In this document: positions 1 to 13,565 of the stretch, one piece after another
How positions within the stretch are numbered: the first letter of the stretch is position 1
Layout: the number at the start of each line of letters is the position of its first letter
From: Octopus vulgaris
Taxonomy: Eukaryota
Assembly: GCA_951406725.2 (NCBI GenBank)
Contig: OX597830.1
Coordinates: 22,506,001 to 22,570,000, forward strand
DNA: 64,000 nt
Direction: 5' to 3'
The notes under the pieces: generated by a model
The model's input: the letters and a program-made list of their open reading frames with translations, nothing else
Database searches by the model: none
Told to the model about the DNA's origin: nothing
Translations under genes and position numbers: made by a program

Positions 1-2147
1 TAGTTGTGGTGTTGGTAGTTTTCATGGTAGTAGTTGTGGTGTTGGTAGTTGTGGAGGTAGTAGTAGTTGTTGTGATTCTTCACATCTCTGTAACTTAGGT
101 GGTTTGGCAAAAGGGACCAGTAGAATAAGGAGCTGACTTTAAAAAAAAAAAAAACAGTGTGATCAATTTATTCAACCAAAAACCTTTCAAGGAGGTACTC
201 CAGCATGGTCACAGTTCAATGGCTGAAATAAGTAGCCCCTGCTGGGGCACTACCTTGAAGTATTTTTAGTTGAATGAATCACCCTCAGTACTTTTTTTTT
301 TTTTTAATGCTTGAGCATATTTTATTGGGTTCTTTTTGACGAACTGCTAAGTTATGGGGGAATAAACACACCAACACTGGTTGTCAAGCAGTGGAGGTAG
401 GTGGGACACACACACACACAGATATATAGGTATATATGACAGGTTATTTGTTGAAATTATGTGATTATTAGCCCCACGTCATCAATGATCAAGCAGGTGC
501 AATCAAGGGTGTTCCAGCTATGACCATCCATCCTTTATTCAGACAATATGTCTAAGATTATTATTATCTGATGTCTTTTGATTCCTATTTTATTCAGCTG
601 GACCCCTCATAGCCGATTGATGTTGAAAATAAAATCACGTTTTTTATAATTAAAATGTTATTAGGAATTGTATTAAAAGGTTTTTGAAATATTTTGTATT
701 TTGTAAAAGTATAACCAGTAAAATCTTACATGGACCCTGGTTGAGAACCACTGATTTAAAGGGCCCCTGGTTGTTGAAATTATTGTTGTGATTATTTAGG
801 TCTAGTTCAGCAATGGTCAAGTAATCCAGCCATGATTAGCTGGTCCTTTATTTAGATTATAAAAACAGTAGTGCAATTTAAGGGAGATTTGACTATTATT
901 TCTATCAAATAATTATACAGGGGCCCTGTAGTAATCATATTAAAATTAATTATAGTAAACTGGTTATGTGGAATTTACACCCATAATTATTTAGAAATTG
1001 TTGCATATTATGAAGGAATGTACATGAAAGTTAATTTATTACTTGGCGTCAATTTTGTTGTTCATTTCTCCCTGTACAGATTGTTTCATTTAATTCTTGA
1101 TATAAATATCAAGAATTATATCAAAGACCAGGATGTTTTGCAGTTGTTTAGCATTCTTGTCTCTCTCTTTCTACCTCCCTCACACATATACACACACACA
1201 CACATTGGGCTTCAACAATGTTTTTCTATCTGCCAAATTCACTCACAAAGCACTGGTTGGTCTGGGGCTACAGTAGAAAATACTTGTGCCCAGGTCCCAT
1301 GCAGTGGGATTGAACCTGAAACCACATCGTTGCAAAGTGAGTTGTTTTTTTTTTTTAGCCACACTGCCATGCCTATTCATTTAAATCTTATATTCAAACA
1401 GTGTCGTAATCTCAGAAAGGAAACGTTTGTATCCAATTAGTTCGGCAAGCTCGATTTCTCGGGGAAATATATCCACAACAGCAGCAAAATCTGATGGGGG
1501 GAAATATTTGAGGATGCAGTATAGTGATAGTGGTGATAGTAGTAGTAGTATATGTAATAGTAGTAGCAGCAGCAGCTGTAGTAGTTTTTAGGAAATAAAA
1601 GAGAGATTTTAGTTTGAAATTCTTCCAAGCGTTTTCAGATGTTTAGAAATTTTACTTTAGATTAATAATTTAGTTTTAAATTCTGTTTAATGTTTGTGGA
1701 ATGTCTGAAATTTGCTTGTTTCCCCAGTTTGGCATTGATTCAAAGTGCACAGTTTTAAGACGAGATAAAATTGTCAGGTTTATAATTTAGGATGTAATCT
1801 TATAGAGATCTCAGCAGAGCTAAGTTGTCAGGGAATTGAGCTTACTGCTTCAGAAGCTTCAATACTATCTTATCATTTCCATTTACTAGATATCTCTGAA
1901 GAGTACATTGATCATTTGGCAAACCAAGAAGATACTTTTTAATTCATTGGTAAAGCTACTTCCATTGAGATTGCTTAATCCTTTCAATAGTATCTGTTCT
2001 GAAACTGCCTCCCATTTCATTCATGATACAATGTTCTTGTTTTAAACTGATATGAATTAAAACCTATCAAAATTTTATGCTAATTTATGTTCCAAACAGC
2101 AGGTTAATAATAGCAAAGTTATTTTACTAAATTCTTTATTATTTTGT

Positions 2148-2410
2148 GGAGGGGCGTGGCTTAGTGGCTAGGGTGTCAGCATCATGATTGTAAGATTGTG
2201 GTTTCGATTCCTGGACCGGGCGACGCGTTGTGTTCTTGAGCAAAACACTTCATGTCACGTTGCTCCAGTCCACACAGCTGGTAAAAATGAGTAACGCTGC
2301 AATGGACTGGCGTCCCGTCCAGCTGGGGAACATATGCCATTGAAACTGGGAAACCGGGCCCATGAGCCTGGCTAGGTGTTAAAAGGGTGCATTTATTTAT
2401 TTATTTTTTT
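2148..2410 (+). mobile_element. tRNA-derived SINE with CORE-like and V-like domains (related copies 37130-37447 and 61610-61895, both minus)
   Basis: A box tggcttagtgg, B box gtttcgattcc, ttgagcaaaacactt, atggactggcgtcccgtccag, (TTTA)n tail; nested in a MITE. Confidence 0.8.
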
Positions 2411-2540
2411 ATTTTATGAACTTATTTTATAAAAGTTATTTTAGGTGCAGGTGTTGTAGTATGGTAAGAAGTTTGCTTCTTGCTACCACATGATTCTGGG
2501 TTCAATCCCATTTTGTGACATCTTGGCTAAGTGTCTTCTG

Positions 2541-2583
<43 letters not shown>

Positions 2584-3569
2584 AGCACTGAGGTTGATTC
2601 ATTCAACTAAAAATTCTTCAAAGTGGTTCTCCAGCAGTCTAATGACCGAAACAAATAAACTAGTTATTCTCTAAATTCTTTGTTCTTAAATTAACTGAAA
2701 CAAGGGCAGTGTAGTTTAACCGAAATATGGTAACAAAATGGTTAAGGAAGAAGAAGGAAAAAAATAACTAGAAAATGACATGGATTTCACAACTGCTAAC
2801 TTAATTCCCAGCAAGCCATGTGACCCAGTTTCAGTTTCCTTCCAACTCCATTTCACAACACTTTTTAAGTCGCTGGAGGATATTGAGGGAAACACAAACA
2901 CATCACAAACACCTCCATCTGTAGAGTAGAAGTTAATCTCTCAACCTTGCGTGTGCTTATGTAATAGGAAAATCTGTACAAAGACTGTTATCTTGCTGTT
3001 ATCATTGAATCTAGTTGTATGACAGCACCGGCTTTAGTAGAGCAGGAATGATATTGGCAGCAGCAGAGCTGATGCTTTATTATGTGGTGGTAGTAAGCTT
3101 TGGTAATCTTTGATAAATGTTGTCAATGGAGACTACGTTTTTGTGGTTGTTTGTATTATGCATGTTATTAATGAAGATATGAAAGATGAAACTACAGCTA
3201 AACAGTATTCTTGTATTTATTCAGCGTTATCTTTCATTTGCTTAATGATTATTCTCCTTCCAGGATTGAGTAGTTTTTAATCATTATTTCATGTGTAAAA
3301 AGTATGTGTGTGCATATATAGATATGTATATATGTCATATGTGTCTGTGTACATTACACACACACACATGCACATTAATCAAAGTTTACAGCATTATATA
3401 TCCATCATGGCCAATCTTGCCAATTGGTTTTGTACTAGGGGTTCAACAACAGTGTGTTAGGTTACAGTCTGATTATGTGACCTTGTGCTTTTTAGGATGG
3501 CAATTATGGAATGAAATATGGCAACTGCCATATGAGTGCATATTTTTTCTGACTTATAGATTTTTAGAC

Positions 3570-3961
3570 TGTGTGTGTGTGTGTGTGTATGTGTGTATAT
3601 ATATATATATGTATGTGTGTATATATATATATGTGTGTATATATATATCTATGTGTGTATATATATATATGTATGTGTGTATATATATATATGTATGTGT
3701 GTATATATATATGTATGTGTGTATATATATATGTATGTGTGTATATATATATGTATGTGTGTATATATATATGTATGTGTGTATATATATATGTATGTGT
3801 GTATGTATATATATATGTATGTGTGTATGTATATATATGTATGTGTGTATATATATATGTATGTGTGTATGTATATATATATGTATGTGTGTATATATAT
3901 ATATATGTATGTGTGTATATATATATGTATGTGTGTATATATATATGTATATGTATGTGTG

Positions 3962-4051
<90 letters not shown>

Positions 4052-4087
4052 TGTGTGTGTGTGTATATATATATGTGTGTGTGTGTG

Positions 4088-4144
<57 letters not shown>

Positions 4145-4160
4145 GTATGTGTGTGTGTAT
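3570..4160. repeat. Compound (TA)n/(TG)n microsatellite with ~20-nt higher-order period
   Basis: Repeating atatatatgtatgtgtgt. Confidence 0.97.
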
Positions 4161-4439
4161 AAAAATACAGAATGGGACAAGAACACAAAACACCCGGACA
4201 GCTAGGTGATATAAAAATGGGACAACAAAACATCCAGATAGACGATACAAAGAAAACAAGGATGGGTCATTCAAGCTTTTCTTTCCTCAGTCGAGTTCCA
4301 GATTATCTTTGCAATTTCGGCTGATTATAATCTGGCCAGCCCTAAGGAAAAACTAAGCTAAGAGCATTAGATTCCTTGGAAGAAAGCAGTGAATGTATAC
4401 AAAAACAAGAACAGAAAAAAAACAGACAATGTTACAGAC

Positions 4440-6303
4440 TCTAGGAGAAATATTACTGATAGTCTCTTTATAATCTGGCAACAACAGGAGAAATATTTAG
4501 CAAAAAGTAAACCACTGTGCTTAGCATTTGTTGACCCAAGGACAGCCTTTGACAGGGTGCATCAATTCCTTATCCACTGGTGACTGTGAAAGCTGTTCAA
4601 ATTATGTACGGAGTGGTTGGCGTTAGGAAGGGCATCCAGCTGTAGAAACATTGCCAGATTAGACTGGAGCCTGGTGCAGCCTTCTGGCTTCCCAGAACCC
4701 CGGTCGAACCGTCCAACCCATGCTAGCATGGAGAACGGACGTTAAACGATGATGATGATGATGCTGTTAGCAAAGTGAGAGTTATCAATAAGTACAGCAA
4801 TGAATTAAGTGTGCAGGTAGGAGTTCATCAAGGTTCAGTTATTAGTCCCCTCTTATTTGATGGAGGACTTCAAGACTGGTTGCTTATGGGAACTACTGTA
4901 TGCTGATGACTTTGTTCTTATAGCTGTGTAAACAAAACTGGGAATCAAAGAGTCTTAAAGTTAATTTAGCAACCATGTTCTAATTAGCCAGAAAACAGAT
5001 AGAACACTATTCCCTTTGGGTAAATGGCTCTGTTCCATTTGTAGACAAGGTGTAAGTAGAAATTCTATATGGTATGCTCAGTGCAAACTATGGATGCAGA
5101 AGAGGCGCAGTGGAATTACAGGAAGGTTAACAGAGAAAATAGAATTTGTTTGTGGTAGATTTGCAGGAGCAATAAATAATAAATGCACATGGGAAATAGA
5201 TGCTTTGAAATGCTCAGGTGGCTCCCTAGAAATAGGAGATAGTTTCTGTTATCTAAGTGACCAAAATTAGCAGTGGAGGAGGATGCTCTGAAAGTATAGT
5301 TGCTGGAATATGAATTGGTTGGAGAAAGTTCAGAGAACTTTTTACTTCCGTTGGTAACAAAAGGCCTCTCTCGCAGAATGAAAGGTAGATTGTATGATGC
5401 CTGCAAACAAACAGCAATGCTATATAGCTGTGAAACTTGGGCTGTGAATGCAGAAAACTTGTAAAGACTTTAAAGAAATGAAACAAATATCCTCCAATGG
5501 GTGTGCAGTGTCAGAGAAAAATTGAGCATAAGAGATATTAGATGTGATGTGCAGGAAAGAAGACTGTGTTGGTATTGTTGTGTGATATGGATGGATGAGG
5601 ACAGCTGTATAAATAAGTGAAATTGCTAAATGTGGAAGAAGCCTGTGGAAGAGGTAGACCTAGAAAGATGTGGGACATAGTGGTGAAGACTGACCTCAAG
5701 ATGTTGATCCTCTTAGAGGAGATGAAAGGGGACCAAGATGAATAGCAATATGCTGCGCTCGAGAAGATCCATCCATCTCAGCAGAATTGATTTTCTGTCA
5801 AGCCTTCCCAGCAACTCACCCCCTGGCACCCACGCTTCCATTAGTTTTCTATGTGACCTATTTTCTTCTACTCTGAACTGAAATCCTTTGTGTCCAACTC
5901 ATTCCCTGTCTCTAATCATGTCACACTGTATTCACTCGGTGCACTTACCTACACATCTACCTCTTCCCCTCTTCTATTTCATCTCATATTCATGTTGTGC
6001 CTGGACCTTGCGTCTCTTTCTCTCTCACTTTTCCCCTCTATCATAGTCTCTTATTCCTCCATTCTGTCCCCTGTTCAGTTGAAGGGTCTTATCTTGCAGG
6101 TACTTGGCAACCTTATCAGAGCTGGTGTCACGTAAAAAGTACTTGTGTTGTTGGTGTTAGAAAAGGCATTCAGCTGTAGAAACCATGCCAAAGCAGACAT
6201 AGAACCTGGCAAAGCCCTCCGACTTGTCTGTCCTTGTCAAACCCATCCAACCCATGCCAGCATGGGTAAAAGGGCATTAAATGGTGATGATGATGATGAT
6301 GAT
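4440..6303 (+). mobile_element. 5'-truncated, degenerate RTE-clade LINE (RT, PHD-like finger, C-terminal region, 3' UTR with (GAT)n tail)
   Basis: Translated fragments QEKYLAKSKPLCLAFVDPRTAFDRV, VGVHQGSVISPLLF, ELLYADD, DSFCYLSD, KGRLYDACKQTAMLYSCETW, GRGRPRKMW with stops and frameshifts; ends in ...cccatgccagcatgg...gatgatgat. Confidence 0.9.
4610..4763 (+). mobile_element. Young RTE-tail element nested inside the LINE RT region
   Basis: gagtggttggcgttaggaagggcatccagctgtagaaa...ggacgttaaacgatgatgat; related to the 3' end of the host LINE at 6150-6303. Confidence 0.85.
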
Positions 6304-6309
6304 ATATTT

Positions 6310-6356
<47 letters not shown>

Positions 6357-7210
6357 CATTTATTTATTTAAAACATATCAGTGTTGGGTGAATTGTGTAG
6401 AGTTTAATTGAATAGGCTTTAATTGAATATTAAAAAGCAATAAAATGAAAGCCTGGAGTTTCTAGGTAATCACTTGTCCCCTACAACATAGCAACAACTA
6501 TTCTTTACAAAACTTTAAAATAGAGGCCCTCATAGTTTTTGACCCAAGTTTTAGGACACAGCCACATAACTACAAGTTAAGGCATGTGGTTTAGCGGTTA
6601 GGGTATTTGGCTCACGATCATAAGGTTGTGAGTTCAATTCTTGGTGATGCGTTGTGTCTTTAGCATTTCACATTGCTCCGGTCCACTCAGCTGGCAAAAA
6701 TGTGTAATACCTGTGTTTCAAAGGGGCCAGCCTTGTCACACTCTGTGTCATGTTGAATCTCCCTGAGAACTACTTTGTGTATATGTGTCTATGGAGTGCT
6801 CAACCACTTGCATGTTAATTTCACAAGTCGGCCGTAATGTTGATCAGATCAACTGGAACCCTCGTCATCGTAACTGACAGTGCCAGTAAGCATAACTATA
6901 CTAAAGTTGGGTTGGCAATGTTTAGAAACACTTGCCATATGTTAAAGTTCCATTTGGTCTGAGGACCCGTCAGTATGTTCTGGTTGCTGTACCTATGGAT
7001 TAGTAGACATTTTACAACTGTTTGTGCAGGTGGTATAGTCATTCAGCTTCAGTTCTGCTCTAACCAAGTAGACTTTGGATTGAGAGCATGTTACCCTTTA
7101 GCATTTAAACTAGCCATATCTGGCCAATTAATTCTACATGTGTTCAAACTGGTTAGATCTGGCGTCTCCAATCAACCTTGTAATGTCATTCTAAAAATAA
7201 ACAATCACAT

Positions 7211-7372
7211 AGGCGCAGGAGTGGCTATGTGGTAAGTAGCTTGCTTCTCAACCACATAGTTCCAGGTTCAGTCCCACTGCGTGGCACCTTGGGTAAGTGT
7301 CTTCTACTATAGCCTCAGGCCAACCAAAGCCTTGTGAGTGGATTTGGTAGACAAAAACTGAAAGAAGCCGTC

Positions 7373-7428
<56 letters not shown>

Positions 7429-7734
7429 ATATGTGTGTGTGTGTATATATATGTGTGTGTGTATATATATGTGTGTGTGTGTATATATATATATGTGTAT
7501 ATATGTATGTGTATATATGTGTGTGTGTGAGTTTGTGTGTCTGTGTTTGTCCCCCCAACATCGCTTGACAACTGATGTTGGCGTGTTTACGTCCCTGTAA
7601 CTTAGTGGTTCAGCAAAAGAGACCGATAGAATAAGTGCTAGGTTTACAAAGAATAAGTCCTGGATTTGATTTGCTTGATCAAAGGTGGTACTCCAACATG
7701 GCTGCAGTCAAATGACTGAAACAAGTAAAAGAGT
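7211..7734 (+). mobile_element. tRNA-derived CORE-like SINE with internal microsatellite (family also at 17457-17790, 42484-42900, 46558-46963 on +; 18615-18975, 54600-54783, 61240-61567 on -)
   Basis: ggcgcaggagtggct.tgtggtaagtagcttgctt...ggcaccttggg.aagtgtctt...(TA/TG)n...gaaacaagtaaaagagt. Confidence 0.88.
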
Positions 7735-9425
7735 ACATCATCAAATTCTCGAAGTAACAAGCTAATTGCATGATTAATTCAAAACAATATGAATTGATAA
7801 GCATTACATTTGACAGAATAATCTGAATGCTAAAGGATTAAACCATGGCCAAACCATTTTTTTTTATAATCCAGGAATAGTGTGCCCTGAGCACATTATT
7901 CAATCTACCATTTTTCTTAAAAATGGTAGAATATGGTTTGGGAGACACTTAACTGATGCTACTAGCAGTTTGAGTTATGACCATATAAAGACTTGCTCAT
8001 TGATTTCTATGACTGTGTTGAAGCTAATGGTTACTTCTCAGCTCAATATTAGGTACTTAGATGTTGAGGGGCTATCTAAACCAATGTTTCTCCACCATTT
8101 TCTTTCACCTATGGGCCCTTTTTGATTTCTGTTTTCCTCAGATGGACCTTCGTAACCATTCAATGTTTAACATATCAATCTTATATTTTTATAATTAAAT
8201 ATTATTAGAAATTGTATATAAAAAAATAAAATATTTTGTGTACTGTAGAAGTAAAACCAATTTATTGTGTGTACATTTTAACAAAATCTTACAGGGACCC
8301 CTAAGGGTCATGTGGACCCCAGTTGAAAACCATTGATTTAAACAGTTCACTAGGACTACAAAATTGTTGTTGTTGTTGTTGTTTAATGCCATCTCGGCTC
8401 TGCTCAAAGATGTTCTAACCATAACTATCCCATCTTTATTTACACATAGTATATCTAGAAAAACATTGTCCTTTCCTTCCTTGTTTGTTGTTCTTGAGCC
8501 TTATCCTTAGGTCAGCTGTGATCCAGCGAACTGGTGACCAAAGATGTTCCAACAGCAACTACTACTTCTCTGAAGCACAGAGAATCTAGAACTACATTAG
8601 CCAATATGTCCTTCCTTGTTGTTCTTTAGCCCCAGCTGTGGCCCAGCAGACTTATGATGAAAAGCATTATAGCTGTGATCATCCCATTATTTTTGGAGTT
8701 TCTAGATCTATACTATGTAATGTATTTTCGTTTTTAAGATTAGTAGTGTGTAAGTTGAGGAAATGAGTATTTGGCTGCTATTTCTAGTAAATAGTGTCTG
8801 TGCAGAGCAGTGATTCTCAACCATTCTTTATGAACCACTTTGATTATTATTTTATTTTGGTAGACTCCCATAGCCATTCACTGTTTAAAATCTAGTTTTA
8901 TAAATACAAGTTTCAAAATTCCTATTTTGCTATTCACACATAAACTTGTGTAGGTTGAACTAGGTAAAACATTAGAGAAAGAAACCTAGCTGTTTCTTGT
9001 AATATATACTTTATATCAAAAATTTATTCAGGGGTCCTTAAAGTACTCCTGTGGATCTCCAATTTATTTTATGATGAATCCCCAGAAATATATGAATCCC
9101 CATGGGTCATATGGACCCCAGTTGAGAGCCACTAATGTTGAGGCTTCCTGGTTTGCTTCTAAAATTGCTGTGTCGTAACCTTTTAGCAATTTGAACCAGT
9201 CATATCCAGCCAAAATATTTTACCTGTTTTATGCTGATACTGGCCAAATCTAGCCTCACATCTACCTTACAATGTCAGTGTAAAAATAAACAATCATGTA
9301 ATCGAAATCTTGAGGCCAGAAGCTAATGCATGGTTAATTCAAAACAATGTGAATAAATAAGCAATATATTTGACAGTAATCTGAATACTAAAGGATAATA
9401 ACCATCCTTTTTTCTTATATTCCAG

Positions 9426-9519
9426 ATATTTCTGCTGCTATCAGTTCTATTGATACTACTGTCCTATGTTGGGATCCAGTTGATCAGGAAAAAACCTGAC
9501 ACTGATGAGTGCTATACCG
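9426..9519 (+). CDS. LMBR1: LMBR1 exon (vertebrate exon 2 equivalent): IFLLLSVLLILLSYVGIQLIRKKPDTDECYT(G)
   Basis: ttccag acceptor after pyrimidine tract; donor gtaagt; 94 nt, phase 0 to 1; first transmembrane helix. Confidence 0.9.
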
Positions 9520-12500
9520 GTAAGTCTTCTTTTTGTTGTGTTTCTTTTCATGAATAGGTGGGGGCTCGTATTTTTGGTGAGAGTATGAGAGGGCCAGTTG
9601 ATGGTTGTGGCAGTTCATAACTGACTGAAGTTAGTTTGTCAAAGTGGGGTTATCTATTTGAGAGGGAATCGGTGAAAACAAGTGTTGATAATTGTCATCA
9701 TAATTGCCATCATCATCGTCATCACCATAATTGCCATCATCGTCATCACCATAATTGCCATCATCGTCATCACCATAATTGCCATCATCACCATAATTGC
9801 CATCATTATCATAATTTCCATCATCACCATAATTTCCATCATCACCATAATTCCCATCATCATATGATTGCATCATAATTGCCATCATCATCGTCATAAT
9901 TGTCATCATCATCATAATTGTCATCATCATCATAATTGCCATCATCATCATAATTGCCATCATCATCATAATTGCCATCATCATCATAATTGCTATTATC
10001 ACCATAATTCCCATCATCACCATGATTGCGTCATAATTGCCATCATTATCGTCACCGTAACTGTCTTCCTCATCACTATTGTTACCATCATCATCATTGT
10101 TACCATCATCATCATTGTTATCATCATCATCATAATTATCATCATCGTAATTATCATCATCATCGTAATTATCATCATCGTAATTATCATCATCATCGTA
10201 ATTATCATCATCATCGTAATTATCATCATCATCGTAATTATCATCATCGTAATTATTATCATCATCGTAATTATCATCATCATCGTAATTATCATCATCA
10301 TCGTAATTATCATCATCATCATCGTAATTATCATCATCGTAATTATCATCATCATCATCGTAATTATCATCATCGTAATTATCATCATCATCATCGTAAT
10401 TATCATCATCATCATCGTAATTATCATCATCGTAATTATCATCATCATCATCGTAATTATCATCATCATCATCGTAATTATCATCATCATCATCGTAATT
10501 ATCATCATCATCATCGTAATTATCATCATCATCATCGTAATTATCATCATCATAATTATCATCATCATCATCGTAATTATCATCATCATCATCGTAATTG
10601 TTATCGTCATCATGTTATTCAATGGTAAAGTGGGAGGAATTGGTGATGGAAAAGAAATTTTCCTGAAATTTAACATAGATGGCAATAAGAGAGAGACAGA
10701 GCAAGCTAGCTCTTAGGGCCCATTCTCAATCTTTTTAGTTTGTGATATACTAACTTAAATTGTGTTTTAATTATTGTAGGTTAAGTGATTATTATGTATA
10801 TACCTACAAAACCCCGAAGAAACTGTTAAGGGCCTGTGCTTAGTCCCAGTTTTATAATAAGCAGATGAAAGATAAATCTTTTCTCCTCTCCATGGGTAGG
10901 AGTCTGATCTAATGCAAATGATTTAGTTTATTTCCTTGACATCCAGATGAACTGGGAGCCATGAGCAATAAAGGATTCTACCCAGAAATGCATTGAAGTG
11001 CTTGCAGTGGATTTGAACACTTGGCTTTTGAGCAGCTAATCCAATAGTTATTCACTAGTCTTGTTGCTCCTTTCTGGTGAATAGAGAGCGGATTCATTTG
11101 GAGGGAGTGAATTTGAGAGAAACCTGCTTCTGTAGAAGAAGGATTGATCCAAGTGTATAGTTTCGCTATGACTATTTCTATCTTGTGCTAGTGTCACAAT
11201 AGCTACATTTGGTACACACCTGGGCTCCACACCTGTTTCTGCACTCTGTCCATGTGTGAGTTCCATTCTTGGTTCACTTTTAGTTCATCTCTAGCTCCAC
11301 TTTTGGTTCCATACGTAGTTTTAGTGGCTGAAACCATTATGCAATGTATGGAAATTGTTAGTTTTGTTGTTCTACTAATTCCTTACTATTAACCTCTCGT
11401 GACCTACACCAGGAGAGGGTCAAATTTGATTGATGTCCGAGAAATTAAGATTATATATAAACCGTTGCACTTTCTCTCTCTCCTTCTGTTTTGCTGTTTA
11501 GTAGTGTTTGAGGTTAGCTAAGTGCTGACTAGAAGCTTGTGTATAAGGTAGAGGATATACTACTGGCTGACTTTGTTAGTCACTTGATAAGAATTGAAGG
11601 ACTTCCTTTCTTTAATGATGCCATGAATTATTTGGTCGTCTCAGTGCCTGGCAGTAGAAGAAATGTATTTCCTCTCTAAAGCTGGTCTCTATGAAAACGC
11701 ACTTGTACCACTTTTCAATGCCATTGGTGATGGGCTCTTTATAGGTAATGTCTAAGTGCCTGTGCTGTCTTTACTGGTGATAACTGGGTTAGTGTTTCAG
11801 ATGGCTACTGAGAATGACTGTGTTCCCCTTAGTGCTGGCAGCTGGGTGACTCTGTTTTACTGGAAACAACTGTGCAACTCTTTTAAGTACCTGTTTGTAT
11901 GTGTATGTATCTTTCCCTTACTGGTGGCGACTGTGTGCGTGTATCCTTTACTGGTGGCCACTAGATGTGTGTCTGTTCATACTGGACGAGTGACACTCTC
12001 CCATGTAGGTGACCTCAGGGTGAATGATCTCATGCAAGTGGCTTCTGGACAAGTGTTCCCTCTAATGAAGTTGTCTTCTTGGTAAGTTTTAGATAAGAAG
12101 CTATTGGTACCCAGTCCTTGAAATAATGTTTTCATAAATGTGTTTTATGTCTTATATATTTTTTCAATGGTTTAGTTAGAAAAAGAAAATGGTTCAGTTA
12201 GAAAAATGAAAGTGGTTTAGTTAGAAAAAGAAAATGCTCTTTACATGGCTTTTTAAGCAAGTGGGTGAAAGTTATCCACAAATTGCAAACTTGGTCTAAA
12301 TGCTTGCAATATATGGGCTCTGCTAAAGGCCAAGTGTTGATGTTGAACTGAATGTTTATGTCCACCATCCAAACACCTCTTAAGAATAAAGTGTACATAA
12401 TGAAATTTTGATTAAGATTTAGTTTAGTTGACAGGAATATTGTGCAAGGGCCTGTCCTTGAAATATTAGGATCCATTCGATTTACAGCTCATAAATTTTA

Positions 12501-13518
12501 TTGTGACAAATCTTATTAAAAATCTTGTATACATTTATCATCGTCATCATCATTGTTTAATATCTGCTTTCCATGCTAGCATGGATTGGATGGCTGTGGT
12601 GAGATCCACTGTCTACTGTGGTATGGTTTTTACGGTTGGATGTCCTTCTTAACACCAACCACTTTACAGAGTGTATTGGGTGCTTTTTGTCATGGTGCCA
12701 ACACCACTGAGGTCACCAAGTAACTTGCAAGACAAGATCTCTTGATGACTGGGACAGTGGTGTGATATTGAGGGAGGTGGCTTTATGCTGGGTGTTGAGA
12801 GGTTGAAGTATGATGGAGAGACAGAAATACATGTCTTGCTGAAGAGGAGATATATATATCTTCCCCAGATTGGAAGAGAGAAAGAGATTGTGAGGGTGTA
12901 CTCTCAAGGCACAAGTGGAATATAGTAGAAAATAGGGATAAGAGATCAAAAATTGTGCAGAATATATGTGAACACACACACACACACACACATACTGTTG
13001 TGTGGGAGTTTTGTTGCCTACATTGGTGGGTGGCCCCTGGTTGCTCTGGTGTTGTAGTGGAAAGGGGCCCAAAACATCTACAGAATTGCTTCACTTCTTG
13101 ATTAGATATTGACTCCTACTTTCAGATATGGAGAACAGCAGCACCCTCAACACAAGTGAATACCCTAATACCCCCCCCCCCCCCCGTTCAGTCATGAACG
13201 ACCATGGGATTCTACCTAGAAAGTTACCCATCAAGGCACAAGTCTGGGCAAGATTGTTTATGGATGACCAGCAGTTGCCCATGCATACTCAGCTCTCTTT
13301 TCCACACCATCGATGTTATCCAAGGGAAAGGCAAAGGCTGATACAGCTTGGTGCCAGTGACGTCGCAACTCATTTTTACAATTGAGTGAACTGGAGCAAT
13401 GTGAAATAAAGTGTCTTGCTCAAGAACACAACATACAGCCCAGTCCAGGAATCAAACTCTCTACCTCATGACTGTGAATCTGATGCTCTGACCATTGAGC
13501 CATGCGCCTTCAACATGC

Positions 13519-13565
<47 letters not shown>

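Noticed and set aside
1890-1936. tatct-CTGAAGA...ggcaaacc..agata, hammerhead-like
   Set aside because: No GAAA or cleavage triplet and no convincing stem II; at most a very old remnant.
2851-2868. TTT CAC AAC ACT (FHNT), resembling the LMBR1 N-terminal motif
   Set aside because: Followed by TTT TAA, with no REQ upstream and no donor; exon 1 is probably outside the window.
3178-3237. atgaaagat / atctttcat inverted repeat as a pre-miRNA
   Set aside because: Only about 11 bp pair; the interior is poorly complementary.
3291-4274. Long ORFs in all frames (CVYIYM and HTYI repeats); similar ones at 7248-7600, 20153-20983, 49505-50141
   Set aside because: TA/TG/CA microsatellites lack stop codons; no splice support or homology.
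4160-4436. Minus-strand repeat beside a microsatellite with CTGAGGA and GCCGAAA motifs, possibly Penelope-type
   Set aside because: Motifs are not in an order that folds into a hammerhead; family could not be assigned.
9631-10716. His-rich, poly-Ile and poly-Met ORFs up to 282 aa
   Set aside because: By-products of a trinucleotide-based minisatellite inside an intron.
13126-13155. Possible 30-nt in-frame exon (DMENSSTLNT)
   Set aside because: Moderate donor gtgaat, lies between repeat fragments, no homology support.
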